This document shows, in pieces, positions 16,595 to 33,399 of a stretch of DNA of 64,000 nucleotides. The stretch lies in assembly GCF_009914755.1 (NCBI RefSeq), contig NC_060936.1. The stretch is one strand, 5' to 3'. Each line of letters opens with the position of its first letter. The stretch's first letter is position 1. A program made the translations under genes and the position numbers. The notes below the pieces were generated by a model. That model made no database searches. It saw nothing but the letters and a program-made list of their open reading frames with translations, and was not told where the DNA came from. The DNA comes from the human T2T-CHM13v2.0 reference genome, Homo sapiens.

Positions 16595-19500
16595 TGATAT
16601 GGTTTGGCTGTGTTCCCACCCAACCCTCATCTTGAATTGTAGTTCCCATAATCCCCATGTGTCGTGGGAGGGACCTGGTGGGAGGTAATCGAATCATAAG
16701 GGGAGTTACCCCCATGCTACTGTTCTCATGACAGTGAGTGACTTGTCACAAGATTTGCTGGTTTTATAAGAGGCTTTTCCCCCTTTCCTTGGCACTTCTC
16801 TCTTTGTATGACCATGTGAAGAAGGATGTTTGCTTCCCCTTCCACCATGATTATAATTTCCTGAGGCCTCCATAGCCCTGTCAGTCAATTAAATCTCTTT
16901 TCTTTGTAAATTACTCAGTCTTGGGAGTTCTTTATAGCAGTGTGAAAATGGACTAATACAGTAAGTTGGTACCAGAAGTGGGGTGCTGATATAAAGATAC
17001 CCAAAAATGTGGAAGCAACTTTGGAACACAGTAACAGGCAGAGATTGGAACAGTTTGGAGGGCTCAGAAGAAGACAGGAAAATGACAGAAAGTTTGGAAC
17101 TTCCTGGAGATTGGAGGGTCATATGGTTTGGCTGTGTCTCCACCCAAATCTAATCTTAAATTCCCATGTGTTGTGGAGGGACCCGGTGGGAGATAATTGT
17201 ATCATCGTGGCAAGTCTTTTCTATGCTGTTCTCGTGATAGTGAATAAGTCTCACAAGATCTAATGGTTTTAAAAAGAGGAGTTCCTTTGCACAAGTTCTC
17301 TTTTTGGCTGCTGCCATCCATGTAAGATGTGAGTTGCTTCTCCTTGCCTTCCTGTATGATTGTGAGGCTTCCTGAGCAACATGGAACTGTGAGTGAGTGC
17401 TCAATTAAACCTCCTTCCTTTGTAAATTGCCCAGTCTCAGGTATGTCTTTGTCAGCTGCATGGAAATGGACGAATACAGTAAATTGGTACTGGTAGAGTT
17501 GGGTGCTGCTGAAAAGACAACCAAGAATGTGGAAACGACTTTGGAACTGGGTAACAGGAAGAGGTTGGAACAGTTTGGAGGGCTCAGAAGAAAAAAGAAA
17601 ATGTGAGAAAGTTAGTTTGGAATTTTCTAGAGACTTGTTGAATGGCTTTGACAAAAAATGCTGATAGTGATATGAACAATGAAGTCCAGGCTGAGGTGGT
17701 CTCAGATGGAGATGAGGAACTTGTCGAGAACTGGAGCAAATGTGACTCTTGTTCTGTTTTAGCAAAGAGACTGGCAGCATTATCCCCCTGCCCTAGAGAT
17801 TTGTGGAACTTTGAACTTCAGAGAGATGATTTACGGTATCTGGTGGGAGAAATTTCTAAGCAGCAAAGCATTCAAAGGCAACTTGGGTGCTCTTAAAGGC
17901 ATTCCATTTTATAAGGGAAGCAGAACATAAAAATTCAGAAAATTTGCAGTCTGGCAATGCAATAGAAAAGAAAATCCCATTTTGTGAGGATAAATCCAAG
18001 CGAGCTGCAGAAATTTGCATAAGTAATGAGGAGCCAACTGTTAATCCCCAAGACAATGGGGAAAATGTCTCCAGTATATGTCAGAGGTCTTCATGGCAGC
18101 CCCTCCCATCACAGGCCTAGGGGCCTAGGAGGAAAAAGTGGTTTAATGGGCTGGGTTCAGGGTCCCTGAGCAGTGTGCAGCCTAGGGACTTGGTTCCCTG
18201 CATCCCAACCACTCCAGTTGTCACTGAAAGAGGCCAAGGTACAGCTTGGGCTGTTGCTTGAGAGGGTGGACGCCTCAAGCCTTGGCACCTTCCATGTGGT
18301 GTTGAGCCTGTGAGTAAACAGAAGTAAAGAACTGAGGTTTGGGAACCTCTGCCTATATTTCAGAGGGTGTACGGAAATGCTTGGATGATCAGGCAGAAGT
18401 TTGCTGCAGGGGTGGGGCAGTCATGCAGAACCTCTGCTAGGGCAGTGTGGAAGGGAAATGTAGGGTCAGAGCTACCACACAGAGTTACTACTGGGGCAGT
18501 GAGAAGAGAGCCACTGTCCTCCAGACCCCAGAATGGTAGATCCACCAACAGCTGGCACCGTGTGCCTGGAAAAGCCACAGACACTCAATGCCAGCCCATG
18601 AAAGCATCCATGAGGGAGGCTGTACCCTGTAAAGCCACAGGGGCAGAGCTGCCCAACACTATAGGATGCCCCTCTTTGCCTTCCACCATGCTTGTCAGGT
18701 CTCTCCAGCCATGTGAAACTGTAAGTCCAATAAACTTCTTTCTTTTGTAAATTGCCCGGTCTTGGGTATGTCTTTATCAGTAGCATGAAAACGGACTAAT
18801 ATGGAGGACTCAGAAGACAGGAAAATATAGGAAAGTTTGGAACTTCTAGAGACTTGTTGAATGGCACTGACCAAAATGCTGATAGTGATATGGACAATAA
18901 ACTCCAGGCTGAGGTGGTCTCAGATGAAGATGAGGAACTTGTTGAGAACTGGAGTAAAAGTCACTCTTGTTTTGCTTACCCTGCAGAGCCACAGGGGCAA
19001 AGCTGCCCAAGAACACCTCCTGCATCATTTTGACCTGGATGTGAGACATGGAGTCAAAGGAGATCAGTTTTGAACTTTAAGGTTTAATGACTGCCCTATT
19101 GAATTTTAGACTTGCATGGGGCCTGTAGCGCCTTTGTTTCAGCAAGGAAACTGGTGGCATTTTGCCCTAGCCCTAGAGATCTGTGAAACTTTGAACTTGA
19201 GGGAGATGATTTAGGGTATCTGGCCGAAGAAATCTCTAAGCAGCAAAGCACTCAAGAGGTGACTTTGGTGCTATTAAAATCTCTCAGTTTTATGTATTCA
19301 GAAAGACATGGTTTGGAATTGGAACTTATCTTTAAGAGGGAAGCTGAGCATAAAAATTCAGAAAATTTGCAACCTGAGGATGTGATAGAAAAGAAAAACC
19401 CATTTTTTGAGGAGAAACTCAAGTGGGCTGCAGAAAATTTGCATAAGTAACAAGGAGCCAAATGTTAATCACCAAGACAATGGAGAAAATGTCTCCAGGG

Positions 19501-20861
19501 CATGTCAGAGACCTTAGTGGCAGTCCCTCCTATCATAGACCCAGATGCCTAGGCAGAAAAAACGATTTCACAGGCCAGGCCCCAGACCCTCTGCTGTGTG
19601 CAGCCTAGGGACTTGGTGCCGTGAGTCCCAGCTGTTTCAGCCATGGCAGAAAGGGGCCAATGTACAGCTCAGGTTGTGGCTTCAGAGGGTGCAAGCCCGA
19701 AGCCTTGGCAACTTCCATATCATGTTAGGTCTGTGGTGTGCAGAAGACAGAAATTGAGGTCTGGGAACCTCCACCTAGATTAAAGAGGATGTATGGCAAT
19801 GCCTGGATGTCCTGGCAGAAGTTTGCTACAGGGGTGGAGCCCTCATGGAGAACCTCTGCTAGGGCAGTATGGAAGGGAAATGTGGGGTTGGCGCCACCAC
19901 ACAGAGTTCCTACTGGTGCACTGCACAGTGGAGCTGTAAGAAGAGGGCCATTGTCCTCCAGACCCCGGAATGGTAGATCCACCAACAGCTTGCACTGTAC
20001 ACCTGGAAAAGCCACAGGCAGTCAATGCCAGCCTGTGAAAGCAGCTGGAGGGGAGGTGCTGTACCCTGCAAAGCCACAGGGGCAAAGCTGCCCAAGGCTG
20101 TGGGAGCACACCTCTTGCATCATTTTGACCTGGATATGAGACATGGAGTCAAAGGAGATCATTTTTTAACTTTAAGGTATAACAACTGCCCTTTTGAATT
20201 TTAGACTTGCATGGGACGTGTAGCCCCTTTGTTTTGGCAGATTTCTCCCATTTGGAATGATTGTATTTACCCAGTGCCTGTACCATCATTGTATCTGGGA
20301 AGTAACTAACTTGCTTTTGATTTTGCAGGTTTATAGGCAGAAAGGACTTGCCTTGTCTCAGATGAGACCTTGGACTTGGACTTTTGGGTTAATGCTGGAA
20401 TGAGTTAAGACATTGGGGGACTTTTGGAAAGGCAAGATTGTGTTTTGAAATGTGAGGATATTAGTTTTGGGAGAGGTGAGGGGCAGAATAATATGATTTG
20501 GCTATGTCACCACCCAAATCTCATCTTGAATTGTAGTTTACATAATCTCCATGTGTTGCGGGAGGGACCCAGTGGGAGGTAATTGAATCATGGGGGTGGT
20601 TATTGTCATGCTGCTGTTCTTGTTATAATGAGTTCTTATGAGATCTAATGGTTTTGTAAGGGACTTTTCCCCCTTTGCTTGGCACTTCTGTCTTCCTGCC
20701 ACCATGTGAATTAAGGACATGTTTGCTTCCCCTTCCACCATGATTATGTTTCCTGAGGCCTCCCCAGCCCTGTGGAACTGTGAGTCAATTAAACCTCTTT
20801 CCTTTATAAATTACCCAGTCTTGAGCAGTTTTTTATAGCAGCATGAGAATGGACTAATACA
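16595..20861 (+). mobile_element. Full MaLR provirus, THE1D/C-like (LTRs at 16595-16960 and 20489-20861)
   Basis: TGATATGG...GGACTAATACA LTR ends; perfect 5-bp TSD CCAGG at 16590-16594 and 20862-20866. Confidence 0.92.
17119..18803 (+). mobile_element. THE1B-like element nested in the outer provirus (5' LTR 17119-17478, internal region, partial 3' LTR about 18670-18803)
   Basis: TSD GAGGG (17114-17118) / GAGGA (18804-18808); the host internal sequence resumes after it. Confidence 0.85.
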
Positions 20862-21088
20862 CCAGGGAAATTCACAATCTAATGGGAGGATCTTAGCTGA
20901 ACTTCTGAACTCTTGGCTCAAGTCTAAAATCGTCACTTAGATGAGGGTACTGAGAGTTAAATGATATTCTGGTTGCTTGGAAAAGAACAGACCTCTCTTC
21001 TAAGCTGTCTACCAGCTGCCTACTTTACCTCTCTACTCAGAGGTCTTCCAGACACTTCATGTTCAGAATACCTCTATTCATTTTCTGC

Positions 21089-21451
21089 TGATATGGTTTT
21101 GCTGTGTCCCCACCCAAATCTCATTTTGAATTGTAGCTCCAATAACTCTCATGTGTTGTGGAAAGGACCCAATGGGAGACACTTGAATCATGAGGGCAGT
21201 TTCCCCCATATTGTTCTCCTGGTACTGAATAAGTCATGGATCTGATGATTTTATAAGGGGTTTCCTCTTTTGCTTGACTCTCTCATTCTCTTTTTGCCTG
21301 ACACCATGTAAGACATGCCTTTTGCCTTCTGCCATGTTTGTGAGACCTCCCCAGCCATGTGGAACTCTTGAGTCCATTAAACCTCTTTTTTCTTTGTAAA
21401 TTATCCAGTCTCAGGTATGTCTTTATCAGCAGTGTGAAATTGACTAACACA
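21089..21451 (+). mobile_element. Solo THE1B-like LTR within an L2 remnant
   Basis: tgatatggttttgctgtgtccccacccaaatc...gactaacaca. Confidence 0.88.
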
Positions 21452-22561
21452 CCCTCAAATATACTCCTCATCCAACCTTCCCTTTCTCAGTACATCTTAC
21501 CAACATACTCAACTGCTCAGGCCAGAAAACAGGGTTGTCTCTGATTCCTCCCTCTTAATTCCCTACCTCTAATCAGTTGCCAAGTCCTGTTGATTCTCCC
21601 ATACAAATATATCTCATATTTATTGACTTTTCTTCATTTTCATTACCCCTGTCCTAATCCAGTCACCACCTCCATACAATATTGTACCAACTGGGCCATC
21701 TCCCTCCCTTTCTGCTGACTTTCAAAGACTCCATAAGACTCAGTATAAATGTACCTGCTTGTTCACTATTTTCCTACTAGAGTAAAAGCCTGCTGCTGGC
21801 AAGCATCATATTTATCTTGTCTGTCAGAGGGTCACTAGAACTGAGGACAACATTTTGGTACATATCGGGTGATTCATAAATAGATAAGGAATTTAGAAAC
21901 CTCAATAGTGAATGCTGACATTAAATAGTCTTCTTTGAAATATATTTTTTTCTGTTTAAATTGGGTTTATTATTTTTCCTCAATTAAAGGATGTAATTCT
22001 GTGAAAATTTTTCTTAATATTTGCATGTTGAAAACTTTGAATCATTTGGTCAAAGAAAATGTAATGTATTTCTTTTTTAAATGCATACGTGCTGATGTAT
22101 AAGATCTGTACAGGTTTGTCCAAGGCTCCCTCACAGACCCTATAGTCTAGAAGAGAAACTATTTGGAATATATGAAAATAAGATTTGAGTTTATTTTTTT
22201 TAAGTAGGGTACTCATTTATTCAGATTAATAGACAGAAGCAAATAATTTTCCAAAGTAGATGTAAAAAATGTACATTCCTATAAGCAATATATTAGTTCT
22301 AATTGTTAAATTCTTCGTCTACACTTGATTTTTTATAGTCATTTTCATTTTAGCTATTCCAAGTAGGCATAGAGTGCTCTTATGTTATAGTTTTCATTTG
22401 CATTTCCCTGTCTTATGTAATATGCAACTTTTTGTATTTTTAATCAATATATATTTGTACATATTTATGTGGGGCACATGATATTTTGCTACATTCATCA
22501 AATGTGTAATGATTAAATCAGGATATTTAGAGTATCTGTCACCTCGAGTATTTGTCATTTC

Positions 22562-22866
22562 TTTTTTTTTTTTTTTTTTTTTTGAGACCGAGTCTCAGTC
22601 TGTCACCCAGTCTGGAGGGCAGTGGCACATTCTCAGCTCACTGCAAGCTCACTCCGTCTCCTGGGTTGAAGTGATTCTCCTGCCTCAGCCCCCCAAGTAG
22701 CTAGGACAGGCATATGCCACCATGCCCGGCTAATTTTTGTATTTTTAGTAGAGATGGGGTTTCACCATGTTGGCCAGGCTGGTCTTAAACTCCTGACCTC
22801 AAGTGGTCCATCCGCCTCAGCCTCCCAAAGTGCTGGGATTACAGGCATGAGCCACTGCACCCGGCC
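22562..22866 (-). mobile_element. Alu (S-type)
   Basis: TSD tattt(g/a)tcatttc. Confidence 0.93.
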
Positions 22867-24706
22867 ATATTTATCATTTCTATGTGTTGGGAAGTCCCCT
22901 CTTCCCACTATTTTAAAGTATGCAATACATTATTTTTAACAATAATCACCTTACTCTGCTATCGAAGAACTTATTTATTCTAACTAGTATGTTTGTGCTC
23001 ATTAATCAATATCTCTTCATTCCTCCTAACCCCCAACCATACACCCTTCTCAGCTTCTGATGTCTGTCATTCTACCCTCACTTCCATGAGATCAACTTTT
23101 CTAGCTCCCACATAAGAGTGAGAGCATGAGATATTTGTCTTTATTTGCTAGACTTATTTCATTTAACATAATGATCTCCAGTTCCATTAATGATGCTGCA
23201 AATGTCATAATTTTATTCTTTTTATGTCTGAATATTATTCCATTGTGTATGTATACCACATTTTCTTTATCCATTCATCAGTTGATGGACACTTAGGTTG
23301 ATTCCATATCTTTGCTATTGTGAAGACTGCTGCAATAAATATGGGGGTGCAATTATCTTTTTAATATACTAATTTCTTTTCCTTTGATAAATACCCAGTA
23401 GTGGGATTGCTAGATCATATGGTAGTTCTCTTTTGAGATTTTGAGAAATCTGCATACTGTTTTCCATAGTGGCTATACCAACTTATATACCTACAAACAG
23501 TGTTATGAGTTCCCTTTTCTCCACATCCTTGCCAGCATCTGTTGTTTTTCTGTTTTTAGTAATAGCCATTCTAACTGGGGTAAGATGATATCTCATTGTG
23601 GCTTTGATTTGCATATTCCTGGTGATTAGTGATATTGAGCATTTTTTCATATACCTGTTGGCCATTTGTATGTTTTCTTTTCAGAAATGTCTATTCATGT
23701 CCTTGCCCACTTTTTAATAGAATTTTTTTGTTTTTGTTTTTTAACTGTTGCTTGATTTTCTTGTATATTCTGGATATTAGTTCCTTGTTGTATGAACAAT
23801 TTGCATATATTTTCTTCCATTCTATAGATTTTCTCTTCACTATGTTGATTCATTTGCTATACAGAAGGTTTTCGTTTTTAGTTTAGTCCCATTTGTCTGT
23901 ATTTGTTTTTGTTGCCTGGGTTTTTGAGGTCTTAATCATAATAATCTTTGCTTAGGTCAATGTCCTATAGAACTTCCCTTATGTTGTCTTCTAACAGTTT
24001 TATAGTTTTTGGTCTTACTTAAGTCTTTAATCTATCTTGAGTTGATTTTTGTATATAGTGAGAAATGGAGTCTAGTTTCATTCTTCTGCATGTGAATATC
24101 CAATTTTCGCAGCACCACTTATTAAAAAAGATGTCCTTTCTTCAATATATGTTCTTGGCACCTTTGTCATAAATCAGTTGGCTATAAATACATGCATTTA
24201 TTTCTGGAGTCTATGTTTTATTGGTCTATATGTCCATTTATATACTAACACCATGCTGTTTTGTTTACTATACCCTTGAAGCATATTTTGAAGTCAGGTA
24301 GTGTGGTGCCTCCATCTTTGTTCTTTTCGTTCAGGATTGCTTTGGCTACTCAAGCTCTTTTTTGGTTCCATAGAGATTTTGGAATTGTTTTTCCTGTTTT
24401 TCTGAATAATGTATTGGTATTTTAAAAATAAAGATTGCGGGGGAGGAGCCAAGATGGCCGAATAGGAACAGCTCCGGTCTACAGCTCCCAGCATGGTGGA
24501 TGCAGAAGATGGTGATTTCTGCATTTCCATCTGAGGTACTGGGTTCATCTCTCTAGGGAGTGTGAGACAGTGGGCGCAGGTCAGTGGGTGCGCGCACCGT
24601 GCGCGAGCCAAAGCAGGGCGAGGCATTGCCTCACTTGGGAAGCGCAAGGGGTCAGGGAGTTCCCTTTCCCAGTCAAAGAAAGGGGTGACAGATGGCACCT
24701 GGAAAA

Positions 24707-24889
24707 TCAGGTCACTCCCACCTGAATACTGCGCTTTTCCGACGGGCTTAAAAAACGGCGCACCATGAGATTATATCCCGCACCTGGCTTGGAGGGTCCT
24801 ACGCCCACAGAGTCTCGCTGATTGCTAGCACAGCAGTCTGAGATCAAACTGCAAGGCGGCAGTGAGGCTGGGGGAGGGGCGCCCGCCAT
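24707..24889 (-). pseudogene. L1 ORF0 (antisense), truncated at 60 aa
   Basis: MAGAPPPASLPPCSLISDCCASNQRDSVGVGPS...VGVT*. Confidence 0.8.
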
Positions 24890-25344
24890 TGCCCAGGCTT
24901 GATTAGGTAAACAAAGCAGCCAGGAAGCTCGAACTGGGTGGAGCCCACCACAGCTCAAGGAGGCCTGCCTGCCTCTGTAGGCTCCACCTCTGGGGGCAGG
25001 GCACAGACAAACAAAAAGACAGCAGTAACCTCTGCAGACTTAAATGTCCCTGTCTGACAGCTTTGAAGAGAGCAGTGGTTCTCCCAGCATGCAGCTGGAG
25101 ATCTGAGAACAGGCAGACTGCCTCCTCAAGTGGGTCCCTGACCCCTGACCCCAGAGCAGCCTAACTGGGAGGCACCCCCCAGTAGGGGAACACTGACACC
25201 TCACATGGCAGGGTACTCCAACAGACCTGCAGCTGAGGGTCCTGTCTGTTAGAAGGAAAACTAACAAACAGAAAGGACATCCACACCAAAAACCCATCTG
25301 TACATCACCATCATCAAAGACCAAAAGTAGATAAAACCACAAAG

Positions 25345-26361
25345 ATGGGGAAAAAACAGAACAGAAAAACTGGAAACTCTAAAAAGCAGAGCGCCAATCC
25401 TCCTCCAAAGGAACGCAGTTCCTCACCAGCAACGGAACAAAGCTAGATGGAGAATGACTTTGACGAGCTGAGAGAAGAAGGCTTCAGACGATCAAATTAC
25501 TCCGAGCTACGGGAGGACATTCAAACCAAAGGCAAAGAAGTTGAAAACTTTGAAAAAAATTTAGACGAATGTATAACTAGAATAACCAATACAGAGAAGT
25601 GCTTAAAGGAGCTGATGGAGCTGAAAACCAAGGCTCGAGAACTACGTGAAGAATGCAGAAGCCTCAGGAGCCGATGTGATCAACTGGAAGAAACGGTATC
25701 AGCGATGGAAGATGAAATGAATGAAATGAAGCGAGAAGGGAAGTGTAGAGAAAAAAGAATAAAAAGAAACGAGCAAAGCCTCCAAGAAATATGGGACTAT
25801 GTGAAAAGACCAAATCTACGTCTGATTGGTGTACCTGAAAGTGATGGGGAGAATGGAACCAAGTTGGAAAACATGCTGCAGGATATTATCCAGGAGAACT
25901 TCCCCAATCTAGCAAGGCAGGCCAACGTTCAGATTCAGGAAATACAGAGAACACCACAAAGATACTCCTCAAGAAGAGCAACTCCAAGACACATAATTGT
26001 CAGATTCACCAAAGTTGAAATGAAGGAAAAAATGTTAAGGGCAGCCAGAGAGAAAGGTCGGGTTACCCTCAAAGGGAAGCCCATCAGACTAACAGCAGAT
26101 CTCTCGGCAGAAACCCTACAAGCCAGAAGAGAGTGGGGGCCAATATTCAACATTCTTAAAGAAAAGAATTTCCAACCCAGAATTTCATATCCAGCCAAAC
26201 TAAGCTTCATAAGCGAAGGAGAAATAAAATACTTTACAGACAAGCAAATGCTGAGAGATTTTGTCACCACCAGGCCTGCCCTAAAAGAGCTCCTGAAGGA
26301 AGCACTAAACATGGAAAGGAACAACCAGTACCAGCTGCTGCAAAATCATGCCAAGATGTAA
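25345..26361 (+). pseudogene. L1 ORF1 with a W34-to-TAG nonsense codon; open 304-aa frame from M35 (25447)
   Basis: agc TAG ATG gag at 25441-25452; REKG, ARR and YPAKLS motifs intact. Confidence 0.92.
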
Positions 26362-26424
26362 AGACCATCGAGACTAGGAAGAAACTACATAAACTAACGA
26401 GCAAAATAACCAGCTAACATCATA

Positions 26425-30246
<3,822 letters not shown>

Positions 30247-32191
30247 ACAATGAGAACACATGGACACAGGAAGGGGAATATCACACTGGGGACTGTTGTG
30301 GGGTGGGGGGAGGGGGGAGGGATAGCATTGGGAGATATACCTAATGCTAGATGACGAGTTAGTGGGTGCAGTGCACCAGCATGGCACATGTATACATATG
30401 TAACTAACCTGCACAATGTGCACATGTACCCTAAAACTTAAAGTATAATAAAAATAAAAATAAAAAAATAAAAATAAAAATAAAGATTGCACTGAATCCA
30501 TACATTGCTTGGGTAGAATGGTCATTTTAACAATATTAATACTTCAGATCCATGATCATGGGATGTCTTTGCATTCATGTGTGTTGTCTTCAACGTGTTT
30601 CATCAGATTTTTGTAGTTTTCCATGTAGAGGTCTTTATCCATCTTGGTTAAATTTATTTCTAATTTTTTATAGCTATTGTAAAAGGGATTGCCTTCTTAA
30701 TTTCTTTGTCAGCTAGTTCATCATTGGTATATAGAAATACTACTGATTTTTTTGTATATTGATTTTTGTATCCTGCAACTTTACTCAATTTATTTATCAG
30801 ATCTAAGAGTTTTTTGATGGAGTCTATGTTTTTCTAGATATAGGATTATGTCATCTACAAAGAGGGACAATTTGACTTCCTCTTTTCCAGTTTGGATGCC
30901 TGATTGTTCTGAGTAGGACTTCTAGTACAATTTTGAATAGCAGCAGTGATAGTGAGCACCTTGTCCTTTTCTAGTTCTTAGAGGAAAGGCTTTCAACTTT
31001 CCACATTCAATATGATATTAGCTGTGGTTTTATTATGTGTGGTGTTTATTATGTTGAGGCATGTTCCTTCCTAGTATTTTTAGTTTTTATCATGAAGTGA
31101 TGTTGAATTTTATCAAATGCTTTTTCTGCATATATTGAGAGGATAGATGCAAAAAAGCATTTTTATGCGAAGTCACCCAGTACTGAACTTTTTATTGTTG
31201 GGAGTCTTTATTGCTGATTTAATCTGATTACTTATTATTGGTCTGTTTAGGTTTTCTATTTCTTCCTGATTCAATCTTGGTATATGTGTCCAGGAATTTA
31301 TCCATTTCATCTAGGTTTTCTAGTTTGCTAATACATACTTGTTCAAAATAGTCTCTGATACTTTTGTATTTCTGTGCTATCAGTTATAATGTCTCCTTTT
31401 TCATTTCTGATTTTATTTTTGGAGGTCTTCTCATTTTTCTCGGTTAGTCTAGCTAGTGGCTTATTCATTTTGTTTATCTTTTCAAAAAACCAACTTTTGT
31501 TTCCTTGACACATTGTACTTTTTAAATTTTTATTTTATTTAGTTCTCTTATCTTTATTATTTCTTTTATTCTACTACTTTGTGGCCTAGTTAGTTATTGC
31601 TTCTCAAGTTCCTTGAGGTGCATTATTAGGTTGCTTATTTGAAACATTTTTAGTTTTTTGTTGTTGATATTTATTGTGTTAAACTTCCTTTTGACTACTA
31701 CTTTGTGTTGTTTCCATTTTCATTTGTTTCAAGAAATTTATTGATTTATTCCTTAATTATCTCTTTGACCCAAAGGTCATTCAGAGACATTTTTTTTAAT
31801 TTTCATGTATTTATACAGTTTCCAAAGTTTCTTTTGTTATTGATTTCTAGTTTTATTCATTGTGGTCTGAGAAGAAACTTGATATAATTTAGATTTTTAA
31901 AAAATGTTTTGAGACTTATTTTGTATCCTAGCATCTGGTCTATCCTGGAGAATAGTTCCATGTGCTGACAATGAGTACTCTGCAGCTGTTCAACAAAATG
32001 TTCTGTAAATATCTGTGAAGTCCATTGGCCTAAAATGCAGTTTAAATCCAACGTTTATTTATTAATTTTCTGTCTAGATGAGCTGTCTGGTTCTGAGAGT
32101 GGGATGTTGAATTCCTCAACTATTTTTGTGTTGAAGTGTCTCTCTCCCTTTAGATCTATTAATATTTGCTTTGCATATATCTGGGTGTGAT

Positions 32192-32233
32192 ACTGCTTCT
32201 CAGCCTTTTGGCTAAGATCAGGTTTAGTATCTG
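32192..32233 (+). pseudogene. 3'-truncated U2 snRNA copy (first ~42 nt)
   Basis: actgcttctcagccttttggctaagatcaggtttagtatctg compared with U2 ATCGCTTCTCGGCCTTTTGGCTAAGATCAAGTGTAGTATCTG. Confidence 0.9.
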
Positions 32234-33047
32234 GTTGCTCTGGTATTGGTGCATATATGTTTAGAACTATTCTATCCTCTTACTGAATTGATCTCTTTGT
32301 CATTATATAATGACTGTGTCTTCTTTTTACTGTTTTGACTTAATTTCTGTTTCATCTAATGTAAGTATAGCTACTCTTGCTTTTTTGCTTTTGTTTGCAT
32401 GAAGTATATTTTTCTGTCTTTCACTTCTAGTCTATATCTGTCTTTTCTATCTTTTACTTCTAGTCTGTATCTGTGTACAGGTGAGATGAGCTTCTTAGCA
32501 CATAATTAAGTCATGTTCTTTAATCAATTCACCCATTCTATGTCTTGTGAATGGAAATCTTAGTCTGTTTACACCCAAGGTGATTATCGATATCTGAGTC
32601 TTCATTCCTGTCATTTTGTTAATTGATTTATAATTGTTATGTATATCTTTTGTTCCTTTCTCTCTCTCTCTCTCTGTCTTATTGTTTATCATTGCAGTTG
32701 GGTGGTTTTCTGTAGTGCTAACATTTGATTCCTTTCATTTCCTTATTTGTGTTTGCTCTACCAGTGGGTTTTATACTTTCAAGTGTTTTCATAATGATAG
32801 ATATCATCCTTTTGCTTTCACATGTCAGCCTCCCTGAGGTATTTCTTGTAGTGCTGGTCTAGTGGTGATGAATTCTCTGAGCTTTGCTTCTGTGAGAAAA
32901 GACTTTATTTTTCCTTCATTTATAAAGGACAACTTGGCTGGGTATATGGTTTTTTCTTTCAGTGACTTGAATATATTATCCCATTATCTCCTGGACTGAA
33001 TGATTTCTGCTGAGAAATCTGTTAGTCTGATTGGAGTTTCCTTATAA

Positions 33048-33399
<352 letters not shown>

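Noticed and set aside
16706-20741. Numerous 60-192 aa ORFs on both strands
   Set aside because: All lie in degenerate THE1 LTR or internal sequence; there is no continuous frame
32192-32233. Functional U2 snRNA gene
   Set aside because: Only about 42 of ~188 nt; no Sm site, PSE or 3' box seen; branch-pairing sequence mutated
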